A DNA stretch of 36,528 nt from Gammaproteobacteria bacterium (GTDB taxonomy: Bacteria; Pseudomonadota; Gammaproteobacteria; UBA9214). A program made the position numbers and the translations under genes. Positions 5,982 to 15,702 of the stretch are shown one piece after another (the first letter of the stretch is position 1; each line of letters begins with the position of its first letter). Below the pieces are notes generated by a model, which saw nothing but the letters and a program-made list of their open reading frames with translations, was not told the origin of the DNA and made no database searches. The stretch spans positions 1-36,528 of the forward strand of contig JAHKKL010000001.1 in the NCBI GenBank assembly GCA_020027635.1, read 5' to 3'.

Positions 5982-7751
5982 ATGTTTGATCTCCCTCAGT
6001 TCCTGGATTTCACCAAGTCGTTGTTGATCGACTCCAAGGAGGTCGGAAGGATCTATCTCGGGACCAAGCTCTATGATGGGCAGAAATACCTGCTGAACCA
6101 GATTGATAAAGGGATCAAGGAGGGGATCCATACCTACGTGGTGTTGAAGGGGAGGCAGGAAGGGATCAGCACCATCATGTGGGCGCTGGATCTGTACTGG
6201 GGGTTTGCCAATCCTGGGACGCAAGCGACGCTGGTGGTGGACAAGGACGAGAACCGGGATCTGATGCGGGGCACGATTACGACTTGGCTGAAGCACCTGC
6301 CGCCGCAGTGGTCGATACCGGTGGTCAAGCACAATCGCACCGAGGTCGCGTTCCGTAATCGCTCGCGGATGAGTTATCAGGTCGCCGGCGTCAGGAAGGG
6401 CGGCAATCTCTCCCGCGGTCAGGCCATCAACTATGGGCACTTCACCGAGACCGGTTCGTGGGTGGATCCGGAGGGGTTGGCCTCGCTGCAGGCATCCTTG
6501 GCCGAGACCAATCCACGGCGGCTGTATGTCTACGAGTCCACAGCCAAGGGCTACAATATGTTCAAGGATCTGTGGGACACGGCCAAGGCCTCGCATGGGC
6601 AGAAGGCGCTGTTCATTGCCTGGTGGCTGAAGAACACCTACCGCATTGCCCCCGACAAGCAGCCGCGGTTGTGGAAGGCCTACGGCAAGGCGCAGCCGAA
6701 CATGCAGGAGCGGGCCTGGATCAGGGAAGTGAAGGCGCTCTACAAGTATGACATCGACGGTCAGCAGATGGCCTGGTATCGCTGGAAGCTGGCGGAGGAG
6801 ATCAGGGACGAGATCATGATGAACCAGGAATATCCCTGCACCGAGCAGCAGGCGTTCGTTGCCACTGGCACCAATTATTTCGATCTGAAGGCCCTGAACG
6901 ACATGCTGAAGGCTTCGAGGCTGTTGACGCCAGAGCCATGGCAATTTCATTTCGGGCAGAAGTTCGCTGATATCCAGATGCGGGAAGGAAATCTGAAGAA
7001 CTGCGAGCTGAAGATCTGGCAGTGGCCGGTGGAGGGGGGCTGGTACACGATTGGCGTCGATCCGGCCTATGGCTATTCCCCCGACAACGATCACCACTGC
7101 GTACAGGTCATGCGCTGCTATGCCGATGGACTGGAGCAGGTGGCGGAATTCTGCTCTGGCTCGCTCTCTACCCACCAGCTCGCCTGGGTGGCGGTCTATC
7201 TGGCTGGCGCCTACTCGGGGCGAGCCGGGCGCTGCATGATGAATCTGGAGGTAACTGGGCCCGGACAGGCGGTGCTGAACGAGATCCTAGCGATGCGCCG
7301 GTACAGCGAGCTTGCCGGTGGGCTGCCGAAGGCCTGGCAGGATGTGGCCGGCTACATTCGCAGTTACCTCAGCCGGCGGCTGGACAATCCGCGCCCCGGT
7401 GGCGGGTTCATTCACTCGAAATCCACGCACGACTACAAGGAACGGATGATGGGCTCGCTCGCTGACTGCGTGAGCAAGCGGATCATCGACATTCGCAGCG
7501 AGGAGGCGATCCGGGAGGCGCAGAACATCGTCCGTGACGAAGGGATCATCAAGACTCCGCAGAAGAAACGAGACGATCGGGTGATCGCCATCGCGCTGGC
7601 GACACTGGCCTGGCACGAGCAGATGCGCGTCTATTGCGCCGCCGATCAGGCCACCCGCGCCAAGGCCCATGTCGTCGAAGCGCACGAAAGCCCGATGGTC
7701 TTCGACACCCAGTTGCGCCAGTACCTGCGCAGTGTCGGGGCACTGCAGTGA
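5982..7751 (+). CDS. terL: terminase large subunit
   Basis: 589 aa. VLKGRQEGIST resembles the terminase Walker A-type K(G/S)RQxGxS/T motif, and YVYESTAKG resembles the ATPase coupling region. The size, the position at the head of the morphogenesis operon, and the C-terminal nuclease-sized domain all fit. Confidence 0.8.
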   Translation: MFDLPQFLDFTKSLLIDSKEVGRIYLGTKLYDGQKYLLNQIDKGIKEGIHTYVVLKGRQEGISTIMWALDLYWGFANPGTQATLVVDKDENRDLMRGTITTWLKHLPPQWSIPVVKHNRTEVAFRNRSRMSYQVAGVRKGGNLSRGQAINYGHFTETGSWVDPEGLASLQASLAETNPRRLYVYESTAKGYNMFKDLWDTAKASHGQKALFIAWWLKNTYRIAPDKQPRLWKAYGKAQPNMQERAWIREVKALYKYDIDGQQMAWYRWKLAEEIRDEIMMNQEYPCTEQQAFVATGTNYFDLKALNDMLKASRLLTPEPWQFHFGQKFADIQMREGNLKNCELKIWQWPVEGGWYTIGVDPAYGYSPDNDHHCVQVMRCYADGLEQVAEFCSGSLSTHQLAWVAVYLAGAYSGRAGRCMMNLEVTGPGQAVLNEILAMRRYSELAGGLPKAWQDVAGYIRSYLSRRLDNPRPGGGFIHSKSTHDYKERMMGSLADCVSKRIIDIRSEEAIREAQNIVRDEGIIKTPQKKRDDRVIAIALATLAWHEQMRVYCAADQATRAKAHVVEAHESPMVFDTQLRQYLRSVGALQ

Positions 7752-8029
7752 AGCTCTACACCACCCATGAGATCGAGGCGTGGGTCTCGGAGATGCGGCG
7801 CACGCGCGAGATCTCGTTCAAGCAGATCTGCCGGCTGGTCGATTGCGACAAGCGCAACCTGCTGAAACGCCTGCGCCACCAGAAGGCCTATCCACTGTGG
7901 CTGCTGCAGGCGTTCACGGTGGTGATGAATGACTACTATACCGATCGGCACGCGCGCGGACTGGGCGGGCGGCCGGTGCCGATGACGGTGACTTTCGCAA
8001 ATCGGGGTCCGGTCCTACAATGGAGGTGA
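7748..8029 (+). CDS. hypothetical protein with HTH-like segment (93 aa)
   Basis: The GTG start overlaps the terL stop (GTGA). ISFKQICRLVDCDKRNLLKRL looks like a helix-turn-helix. Alternative start at ATG 7793. Confidence 0.45.
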   Translation: MKLYTTHEIEAWVSEMRRTREISFKQICRLVDCDKRNLLKRLRHQKAYPLWLLQAFTVVMNDYYTDRHARGLGGRPVPMTVTFANRGPVLQWR

Positions 8030-8039
8030 AGGGGGCATC

Positions 8040-8240
8040 ATGGAATACGAACAGGTTGATGGGGTGTGGGCATTCACTTCCTGGGGCGAGATCTATCCCC
8101 TCTACGATCTACGCGTGCATGTGCTGAACGATGATGGGCTCTGCTGGTACTCGCCATCGCTCGGCGAGGGTGGCGGCTGGGTACATCACTCGGCCGATGG
8201 ACGTGAATGCTACGAACGAGGCGAGAGGAGACCGCACTGA
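8040..8240 (+). CDS. hypothetical protein (66 aa)
   Basis: GGAGG lies upstream of the ATG. The ORF is ATGA-coupled to the next gene. Confidence 0.5.
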   Translation: MEYEQVDGVWAFTSWGEIYPLYDLRVHVLNDDGLCWYSPSLGEGGGWVHHSADGRECYERGERRPH

Positions 8241-8680
8241 TGGCCGTGATCAAGGAGTGGTGTTGCGCCGGGCATGGGCCGTTCGAAGGACCGGATCCGG
8301 TCTGCCCGCATGGCTGCACGACCGTGACGCAGGAGTTTCGCACCGCGCCCGGCGGGCGCAGCAACAAGACACGCTTCACAGACTCCTCGCTGGAGGCCAT
8401 TGCACGGGAATACAATCTGAAGGATCTGAGCAATCGCAAGGGCTCGGTGATGCGCTCGGTCGCGCCGGTGGCCAATGACTACCAGACCCGCTGGGAGCAG
8501 TTCAACGGGCCGGCGCCGAAGCTGAAGAACGGGCATATACAGGGCCCCGATCCGGTCGGTACCTGGCTCGCCCAGCATGCCAAGGACGCCGAGGGCGCGA
8601 AGGGCGCCGGTGTCAGGCTGGATGGTGCGCTGCCGCCGCCCAAGCCGCTCATCGATCCGATGCTGAGGCACAAGGGATGA
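8240..8680 (+). CDS. hypothetical protein with N-terminal Cys cluster (146 aa)
   Basis: The start at ATG 8240 overlaps the previous stop. WCCAGHGPFEGPDPVCPHGC may bind metal. Confidence 0.5.
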   Translation: MAVIKEWCCAGHGPFEGPDPVCPHGCTTVTQEFRTAPGGRSNKTRFTDSSLEAIAREYNLKDLSNRKGSVMRSVAPVANDYQTRWEQFNGPAPKLKNGHIQGPDPVGTWLAQHAKDAEGAKGAGVRLDGALPPPKPLIDPMLRHKG

Positions 8681-8949
8681 GAACTGTTCTCTGCGCGTAC
8701 GATGTCTGGACGCTGCGCCGTGGTGATCGGATCGGCGCCGGTTGTCCGGTCGAGATCTGCGATGTTGCTGATGAGCGCCTGTGCGTGGCCGATGGTGTGC
8801 GCTCACCAAGGGCCATCATCGATCTACCGATGATTGTCGATGGCGACACCCGGTACATAGCATTGGCACACCTGCCGGATGGTCTGGAGATCACGGTGGA
8901 CGGACCGCCCAGCCTGATCGAAACCGGGCACGCCGGGATAGAGATATGA
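8677..8949 (+). CDS. hypothetical protein (90 aa)
   Basis: ATGA overlaps at both ends place it in a translationally coupled chain between terL and the portal gene. Confidence 0.5.
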   Translation: MRTVLCAYDVWTLRRGDRIGAGCPVEICDVADERLCVADGVRSPRAIIDLPMIVDGDTRYIALAHLPDGLEITVDGPPSLIETGHAGIEI

Positions 8950-10616
8950 AGATCCCGAGCGATCTCATCGAACGCTATGATCTGTACACGGATGTGATGC
9001 AGGCATGCGCCAGCTCGCGCGAGCCGCGCAAGGGCAACTACAAACGCCGATACAGCTATTTCGTCTATGGCGCGCAGCCGGAGGTGCTGGCAAGCCCGTT
9101 CAACAAGATAGGCCCGGCATTGGATGCCCTGACCTCGCTCATTTTCTCCGCCGAGACCACGCGCTTCAGCATCGAACTCGGAGTGGATGCAAAACCGGTG
9201 GACAAGCTGCGCACGATGTCGGTCAGCCGCCAGCTCTCCCGGCGCTGGAACGAGATGAAGGCGGGCGAGCTGGTCCGGCAGGCGGTGTTGTGGGCGCTTG
9301 CCTATGACTCGATGTTCCTGAAACTCCTCTGGCGCGGTGGGCGATATCAGGCCTTCCTGTGCGAGCCGCACACGATAGGGTTGTTCCGGGACGATGTGAC
9401 GGACATCGATGAGCAGGAGGCGATCTCGATGACCTACGGGATCACCATCAAGGAATTGACGCGCGAACTCGCCTCGCACCCGCGGCGCGCCGAGATCCTG
9501 AAGAATGTCAGTGCCAGTCAGCGCCAGGACTCTACCGCCGAGGCCGATGGGCTCTCGAAACTGGTGGTGGCGCAGATCAGATCGGACAATCCGACCAACC
9601 TGATCGGCAATCTCGCGAGCCCCTTCGTCGGCACACGGCTGGATCTGACCCCTACCGGACAGGAACAACTGGTGCCGATGACCGAGCTTTGGATCTGGGA
9701 CGATGACAAGGCCGATTATCGGGTAGTCACGCTTGCCAATGACATGACGGTCTATGATCGCTTCTCCGGCAATCACCCGGGCGAGCCGCCCGGCATGTGG
9801 ATGAAGGGAGAGCACCAGTTCATTCAGTTCTGTCCAGAGCCGAAGTACGACTATGCATGGGGATTCAGCCAGATTGACCGATTGATGGATCTGCAGGACT
9901 GGCGCACCCGGCGCATGCGCGAGATCTCCGACGTGCTCTCGCGCAATACCTATCCGCCGAAGATCTCCTTTGGCGTCCCCGGCATACAGGACGAAAAGGC
10001 CTATGCACTGGGTCTGGCCAAGTCCTATTTCGCGGTTGCCGATCCGATGGGCAAGATCGAGGAATGGAAGACCGATCTGCCACAGGATCTGTTCATCGAG
10101 ATCAGGGAGATCGATGCGATGTTCGACGAGGCCCTGGGACTGCCGAAGATCCTCCAGGGCGAGGGCACGCCCGGCGTGCGCTCTCGTGGCCACGCCGAGA
10201 CCCTCGGGCGCTATGCCAGCGGCCGCGCGCGCTCTCGCAGCCAGTATGTGGAAAGCGCGGTCGAGCGGCTGGTCAACCTGATGTTGCAAGGCATGCGCGT
10301 ACATGATGCGACCCACCTGCCAGCCGATGACGGGACGAAGTTCATCGTCGGCCAGTTCGACAAGGTGGCAGTGGCCAAGGTCGATGCGCATTCCTCGAGT
10401 CCGGTCTTCGTCGAGGAACTCGATCGGACCGCCAATGAGCTGTTCGAGGCCGGCGCCATCGATCGGCGCACGCTGCTGGAGCTGCGCCAGCCGCCGATGC
10501 TCGACATGCTGCTGGAGCGCCTGAAGGATATCGAGGAGAAGGAGGCGAAGAACGCCCAGATGCAGATGGAATTCGAGCTGAAAACCAAACAGGCCGCGGC
10601 CCAGAGGATACGATAA
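8946..10616 (+). CDS. portal protein (candidate)
   Basis: 556 aa starting at ATG 8946 (ATGA overlap). The size and the terminase-proximal position are typical of portals. No specific motif was verified by eye. Confidence 0.55.
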   Translation: MKIPSDLIERYDLYTDVMQACASSREPRKGNYKRRYSYFVYGAQPEVLASPFNKIGPALDALTSLIFSAETTRFSIELGVDAKPVDKLRTMSVSRQLSRRWNEMKAGELVRQAVLWALAYDSMFLKLLWRGGRYQAFLCEPHTIGLFRDDVTDIDEQEAISMTYGITIKELTRELASHPRRAEILKNVSASQRQDSTAEADGLSKLVVAQIRSDNPTNLIGNLASPFVGTRLDLTPTGQEQLVPMTELWIWDDDKADYRVVTLANDMTVYDRFSGNHPGEPPGMWMKGEHQFIQFCPEPKYDYAWGFSQIDRLMDLQDWRTRRMREISDVLSRNTYPPKISFGVPGIQDEKAYALGLAKSYFAVADPMGKIEEWKTDLPQDLFIEIREIDAMFDEALGLPKILQGEGTPGVRSRGHAETLGRYASGRARSRSQYVESAVERLVNLMLQGMRVHDATHLPADDGTKFIVGQFDKVAVAKVDAHSSSPVFVEELDRTANELFEAGAIDRRTLLELRQPPMLDMLLERLKDIEEKEAKNAQMQMEFELKTKQAAAQRIR

Positions 10617-11578
10617 TGCCACTTTCCAACCCGACCACGCCCATCACCAGCCCAGTCCCGAAAGGTGCCGGCCCAACTGCCGCCAATATCTGGTCCGGAC
10701 AGGCCGGCGCACCGCCATCCGGCCTGGGCGCGGCGGTCGCCGCACAATCACCTGCCGCGCAGCAGACTGGCGTCTCCTACAAACAATCGCCATTTGCCGA
10801 GCAATGGACCAAATATGATCCAACTCAGATCTGGGATCAATGGAGTACCGGCGACTGGAAGGTTCCGGGGCAGGGGATCGCAACCCTGATGAACAAAGGC
10901 AGCATGGACGTGCCGAGCGCGAACCAGGACACCTGGAAATGGTACCAAGGTGTCCTGCAAGCCGCTGCCAACCCGCAATCCGGCCGTGGATTCAGTGAAG
11001 GTGGACTTCAAGGAACGCCTGGCGCCGGTGTTAACCCCGGACACCAGAGCGAGATCACGGCACTGAAGTCGGTAGCCGATGCGCTGAAGGTGCCGGTGGA
11101 TGAATTGCCGATCGGCGGCGCCTATCTGGCCCGTGATCTCTATCTGCGCCAGTCCGAGGCCACCCGCCGCAAGCACGACAGCGGACCGATGGGGATGCTC
11201 GGGAACCTTCTCAGCATCGCGATGTTCGCGCTCAACCCCGGCCTGGGGGCCTTCGGCAAGCTCCTGGGCGGTCAGATCGTCGGCTCCGTACTGCCGAAGC
11301 TCGCGGGCGCGGTATTTGGCGGCAATGAAGGCTCAGGAACGCCCAAACCCGGCGCCGGCAAGGCCCCGGCCAATACCGCACAGACTGCGATGGCCGCGCT
11401 GACCCCGACCACGCGCACCAGCGCCCCCGGATTGCTCAAGGCCGGCGCGCAAAGCACCGGAAAATCGATCTCATCGACGCGCGCCAGTGGCACCGCACGC
11501 GCCGTCAACCTCGGCAATTCGTCCAGTGCCAGAACCGGGGCGGGAAAGAAGAAATACGAGGATATTTTCGGAAAGTAA
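10616..11578 (+). CDS. hypothetical virion-associated protein, low-complexity Pro/Ala/Gly-rich ends
   Basis: 320 aa. The ATG overlaps the portal stop (TAATG). Basic C-terminal tail (GAGKKKYEDIFGK). Confidence 0.55.
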   Translation: MPLSNPTTPITSPVPKGAGPTAANIWSGQAGAPPSGLGAAVAAQSPAAQQTGVSYKQSPFAEQWTKYDPTQIWDQWSTGDWKVPGQGIATLMNKGSMDVPSANQDTWKWYQGVLQAAANPQSGRGFSEGGLQGTPGAGVNPGHQSEITALKSVADALKVPVDELPIGGAYLARDLYLRQSEATRRKHDSGPMGMLGNLLSIAMFALNPGLGAFGKLLGGQIVGSVLPKLAGAVFGGNEGSGTPKPGAGKAPANTAQTAMAALTPTTRTSAPGLLKAGAQSTGKSISSTRASGTARAVNLGNSSSARTGAGKKKYEDIFGK

Positions 11579-11631
11579 GTGTCCATTCACGCCGTGATAG
11601 ACTGAAAACACGACCATCATCAGGTGATCTC

Positions 11632-12498
11632 ATGCGAAAACTCACTGCCCTGCTGCTTTTCCTGCTGAGCACCCCCGCCTGGGCGGCGTGGAACTGCCAG
11701 TCCTTCAACTCGCAGGTCTATTGCACCGGCACCGCCGCGCAATTCTCGACCAACACCCCCGGCGGTATCGCCACGCGCGCGACCGGCAACAGCTCCGATA
11801 CCCAGCACGCCTATACCTGGTCCGGGACGGCATGGATCGATCTGGGCGCGGCTGCTGGCGGCACGGTCTCCATCGACCAGACGGGGCCGGCGAATGATGT
11901 CAATCTCGTCACGCCTGCCGGCGATTCGGCGATGGATGATGTGAACGATGCTGTGAAGGTCAACGTAGTGACTGGCGGGGCCGGCGCATCTCCGGCGAGC
12001 CCCGCATATGTGACGCTGGGTGGCGGCATCGGCGTCACCGATACCTACATCGCGCGATTTGACGCCACGGGCGACATGCCGGCCAGCATCACCAGTTCGG
12101 CAAACGTCAGCGCCAGCAGGATCAAGTTCACCGGCTTTGCTGGCGCTGACCGAAGGGTTCAGGTGGCATGGCATTGCGCGACCACCGCCGGCCCCGACAC
12201 GCAGGCGACGCAGGCTTTCTTCGGGCCGGTAGCACAGGGCGCGATGGTCACCATCAATGCCGCCGATGATTCGACTGCCAACACCCGGCTGACCTATGTA
12301 GACATCACTGGCGGCGGCACGCCATCGACACCAGTATCGGATGTGTTCATGGTGTCGAACACGTCGCCCTTCATCGAGGTCGTGCTGAACACCGCCATCA
12401 CCCGCGTCGATGTGATTGGTGTACCTAACACCTTGAGCACCACGAACCTAGATACCATCATCCCGTGCTTCGTTGAGCTGAAGGGGCTGGCACCATGA
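11632..12498 (+). CDS. secreted protein of unknown function (Sec signal peptide)
   Basis: MRKLTALLLFLLSTPAWA|AW has the n-, h- and c-regions of a signal peptide with an AxA site. The mature part is Thr/Ala/Gly/Val-rich and looks beta-rich. Confidence 0.6.
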   Translation: MRKLTALLLFLLSTPAWAAWNCQSFNSQVYCTGTAAQFSTNTPGGIATRATGNSSDTQHAYTWSGTAWIDLGAAAGGTVSIDQTGPANDVNLVTPAGDSAMDDVNDAVKVNVVTGGAGASPASPAYVTLGGGIGVTDTYIARFDATGDMPASITSSANVSASRIKFTGFAGADRRVQVAWHCATTAGPDTQATQAFFGPVAQGAMVTINAADDSTANTRLTYVDITGGGTPSTPVSDVFMVSNTSPFIEVVLNTAITRVDVIGVPNTLSTTNLDTIIPCFVELKGLAP

Positions 12499-13313
12499 TG
12501 CGACGACTGCTCGCGCTAATTCTTCTCGCGCCGCTCGTTGCATTCGCGGCGAGTTACAGCGCTGTCCGACCGCCGCAGCTGTCCGCTGGCACGTCTCCGA
12601 GTCCGCCGGAGGTTGCGCTCACGGCTTATGTGGCCGACTCGACCGGCACATATCTGAGCAGAGCACAGCCAGTCGGCGTCGTAGATGGCTCGCAATTCAC
12701 GCTGTCGATGTGGTTCAACCAGACCACAGGAGGCAACTGCCTTCTGTTTGCCAGCACTGCGGGCAGCAACTCCGCGTATATTGATCTTTACAATTTTGTG
12801 TCAGGAGTAGCGACGCTTGAAACGAGGAACAATAGCGGAGGAGCGCAGAATCTTTCCTCCACATGGGCTACAGCGTCAGCAGGCGCGGTTCACCACATTG
12901 TGGTAAGCATTGATCTGACCAACACCGCGAAGCGTCATGTGTACGTGGATGGTGTCGCTCAGTCAGTGACATGGACTACCTATGACACTGCAAATCCTAA
13001 CATTGATTGGACCGTGAGTAGTTGGTTTGTGATGCACGGACCTTCAAATGGATTTGGAGACTGCGGCGGGCAGGTAGGGCAAGTGTGGTTCAACACGTCG
13101 TACATCGACCTGAGCGTACCAGCCAACCTTGCGAAGTTTTACAATGCAGGAAAGCCTGTTTATCTCGGAGCAGACGGCTCTCTGCCGACCGGGTCGCAGC
13201 CGCTCATATATCTGCCTGAATTCGGTGACCGCGCCGGTATCAATCGAGGCACTGGGGGCGACTACACGGCAACTGGAACGCTGCCAGCAGCCGGTCGGAT
13301 TCTCGGGCGATAA
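12495..13313 (+). CDS. secreted LamG/concanavalin-A-like lectin-fold protein
   Basis: Signal peptide MMRRLLALILLAPLVAFA|A. FTLSMWF...VHHIVVSIDLTNTAKRHVYVDGV...GQVGQVWFNTSYIDLS...LAKFY follows the Laminin_G_3 pattern. Confidence 0.6.
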   Translation: MMRRLLALILLAPLVAFAASYSAVRPPQLSAGTSPSPPEVALTAYVADSTGTYLSRAQPVGVVDGSQFTLSMWFNQTTGGNCLLFASTAGSNSAYIDLYNFVSGVATLETRNNSGGAQNLSSTWATASAGAVHHIVVSIDLTNTAKRHVYVDGVAQSVTWTTYDTANPNIDWTVSSWFVMHGPSNGFGDCGGQVGQVWFNTSYIDLSVPANLAKFYNAGKPVYLGADGSLPTGSQPLIYLPEFGDRAGINRGTGGDYTATGTLPAAGRILGR

Positions 13314-13315
13314 CG

Positions 13316-14980
13316 TTGCCGCGCTTTAATATCTCAGGCTCGCCGAGTTTTCTGCCTGCGGGCATGTCGCTGGTGGCGATTAAGGCGATTCAAAAGGGCA
13401 TTACCTCGACGTACACCGCGTCACCACCTGACGCCACGCAGAATGCGTACATGGCGGCGAATGGACTGACGGCATTCCGCTGCATCAACAACGAAAACGG
13501 ATGCACCTGCAACGCTGACGGCACCGGGTTTTCTAAGGCCGGGACGTTCTTGGATGACGACATCGCTCTCAACAAGGCCATCCCCGGCGTCACTCGCGTG
13601 TCGTCGGTTATCGGAGGCTTCCTGCCAACCGCGCTGAGAGTGACCGAGGCAGGTGGTGCGTGGACATCCGGGTTCTATCGTTGCGTGAGTGCCGCCGCAT
13701 GGAAAACCTACGTCAAGGGGATGCTCGACTTCATCTATCTGACGCAAGGACTAAACGACATCTGGTTCATTTTCGGCAACGAGTTTCACGCTATTGCCGA
13801 CCCGTGGATTGACGCCACCGCTGCGACGGACAGGGATGCAGGTGCTACCGGCACACCTGATGGCGGCGCGCAGCGGTACACAAACTATCTGACGTGGTAC
13901 GGCCACACCAGTGACGCTTTCAAGGAATGGAAAATCACCAACCCATCGAAGCTCATCAAGCTTGGCGGGCCGGCGATGGACTACCACCTCGAGACGTTGC
14001 CCCAGTTCTATACCGATTGTCAGTCGGCGACACACATTCTTGACTTCGTGGATGTTCACTTCAACGTGCCGCAGTCCTTCATCGCCGGAAAGAGCCTTGC
14101 TGACTTGATGGGCACGGTCATCAAAGACCTCCGAGCCGTGGCCCCGTCGATGCCGGTATGGATCACCGAGAACACATTCACGATTGGCGGCTCCAGCGGT
14201 ACTTTCGGAAACAACCCGATTACCACCGTTAGCGGCAGCAACATCATCACGCTCAACAAGACCGCGCACGGGCTGGTGGCGAACCAGAGGCTCGTTCTTT
14301 ACAACGCCATCGACACGAACGGTATCACTGCAGCCAACATCAATGGGCACCGCACAGTCCTAGATGTCACCGACGCGAACAACTATCGGGTAGTCGTGGG
14401 GGCGAACGCTACCTCCAACGGTACCGGTGGCGGCACGACCCCAATGAGCTACGCGCTCGACGACCAGTTCCTTGAATGGCACCCGACCTACATGGGCGCA
14501 GCGTATCTTGAGCGCGCATTGTTCGTGGCCCGCCAAGGGTACACAGAGGGGTATCACCTGCTGGGCTACGAGAACCGCGTCGCGTCGCAGGCGAACCCTG
14601 TGCGCGCATGGTTCTTCGTTGATTCATACAACAACTGGGAGCCGTTCCATACGTGGCTCGCGCATATGACGCTGCAGCAGGTCACCGGAACCTACGTGCA
14701 GGCCGGGGTGCTGCCAAAGACTGCCGGGGTCAACTCCGTCCCGATGGGAATAGTGGCCAACAACGGCGGCCTGTATAACGCCGCGATCTGGAACTTCTCG
14801 CACCAGCACAACCCGGACCCGCACAACAAGCCGTGGAGCGACGCGACGAAGGTGCAGGCCGTTCTTGCCGACGGATCGAGGAAGTCGATCAGCCGGTACA
14901 AGCTTAACGGCTCGTCGTCATGGATCATTGGTGAGCCGACATTGAACTACGGCGACTATTGTTACTGCGAGCTTGTATGA
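13316..14980 (+). CDS. clan GH-A-like glycoside hydrolase (polysaccharide depolymerase candidate)
   Basis: 554 aa. FIFGNEFH looks like the strand-4 Asn-Glu acid/base motif, and PVWITENTF looks like the strand-7 Glu nucleophile of (beta/alpha)8 clan A hydrolases. There is an inserted Gly/Thr/Asn-rich segment after the ITE motif. TTG start at 13316, or ATG at 13364. Confidence 0.5.
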   Translation: MPRFNISGSPSFLPAGMSLVAIKAIQKGITSTYTASPPDATQNAYMAANGLTAFRCINNENGCTCNADGTGFSKAGTFLDDDIALNKAIPGVTRVSSVIGGFLPTALRVTEAGGAWTSGFYRCVSAAAWKTYVKGMLDFIYLTQGLNDIWFIFGNEFHAIADPWIDATAATDRDAGATGTPDGGAQRYTNYLTWYGHTSDAFKEWKITNPSKLIKLGGPAMDYHLETLPQFYTDCQSATHILDFVDVHFNVPQSFIAGKSLADLMGTVIKDLRAVAPSMPVWITENTFTIGGSSGTFGNNPITTVSGSNIITLNKTAHGLVANQRLVLYNAIDTNGITAANINGHRTVLDVTDANNYRVVVGANATSNGTGGGTTPMSYALDDQFLEWHPTYMGAAYLERALFVARQGYTEGYHLLGYENRVASQANPVRAWFFVDSYNNWEPFHTWLAHMTLQQVTGTYVQAGVLPKTAGVNSVPMGIVANNGGLYNAAIWNFSHQHNPDPHNKPWSDATKVQAVLADGSRKSISRYKLNGSSSWIIGEPTLNYGDYCYCELV

Positions 14981-15082
14981 ACATCGCCAGAACCCTTGCC
15001 ACCCCCCTGCCGACAGGTGCTATTGCGATGACAGACGAATTCGACTTCGGCACTCTGGCCGACACTGAACGAGGCATGACAC

Positions 15083-15301
15083 ATGACGCTGACTGACGTT
15101 TGGGAAGTTCTGCAATACGCGGAGCGTACCGGCGCCGATACCGACGTTCCGGAAGGATCGCGCGTCGTGGCGCTGTCGGAGACGCTGGTTAATGAAATGC
15201 TGCAGGCGTTCATTGGTAGCGACGTCGATATGCCGGCGCGCCGCGTCCACGAACTGATGCGCCAGATGGCAGAACGCAGCCGCGCCGCTCCAACGAACTG
15301 A
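15083..15301 (+). CDS. hypothetical protein (72 aa)
   Basis: Acidic, helical-looking ORF with GAGG upstream. No motif. Confidence 0.45.
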   Translation: MTLTDVWEVLQYAERTGADTDVPEGSRVVALSETLVNEMLQAFIGSDVDMPARRVHELMRQMAERSRAAPTN

Positions 15302-15342
15302 CATTTCCGCACTTCATCCACCAAGGCGCTTTGGCGCATATT

Positions 15343-15363
15343 TGGGTAGTGTCTCAGTTTGAA
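15343..15363. repeat. left arm of perfect 21-bp inverted repeat (TGGGTAGTGTCTCAGTTTGAA)
   Basis: It is the exact reverse complement of 15973-15993. The match does not extend by even 1 nt on either side. Confidence 0.95.
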
Positions 15364-15680
15364 TGATAAATTCTGATCTCGAAAAATATGCCCCATCTGT
15401 TGACTTGGAGATTGATCCGGGCATTCGTCGCTTTGTTCTAATTCTACGCTCTGGCGGCGTCGATACCTTTGAGTCGTGCGAAGGCGGCGAAGGTCATCCG
15501 TTCAAAGAGCCGACCGTAAGATTCATGGGGAATACCGCCGAAGGGTATAGGGCCTTTTCAGTGGCGATAAACTACGGGCTGCCGGTCTGTAAGTTGCGGC
15601 GCTACTATCAGGTTATTGATTGTCAACTAGAAGGCCCGTGGTGGGAGATGACTTTTTCCATCACGGACAAACATCAGTAG
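15363..15680 (+). CDS. hypothetical protein (105 aa) inside the IR-bounded unit
   Basis: Globular-looking composition (…FESCEGGEGHPFKEPTVRF…GPWWEMTF…). The A of its ATG is the last base of the left IR arm. No Shine-Dalgarno sequence upstream. Confidence 0.5.
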   Translation: MINSDLEKYAPSVDLEIDPGIRRFVLILRSGGVDTFESCEGGEGHPFKEPTVRFMGNTAEGYRAFSVAINYGLPVCKLRRYYQVIDCQLEGPWWEMTFSITDKHQ

Positions 15681-15702
15681 TGTGAGTTGGCGCAAAAGAG
15701 CC

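Noticed and set aside
8649-10622. 657-aa minus-strand ORF antisense to the portal gene. Similar long antisense ORFs lie at 5934-7175 (-), 24858-26423 (-), 30084-31346 (+), 1182-2024 (-), 13751-14350 (-) and 19000-19737 (-).
   Set aside because: They have Arg/Leu/Gly/His/Pro-rich, low-information translations and completely overlap better-supported genes on the other strand. This is the typical stop-codon-poor antisense frame of G+C-rich DNA.
15020-15090. 22-aa mini-ORF (ATG 15027) upstream of 15083-15301 as a possible leader peptide
   Set aside because: It has no RBS and no attenuator-like structure nearby, and it is too short to evaluate.
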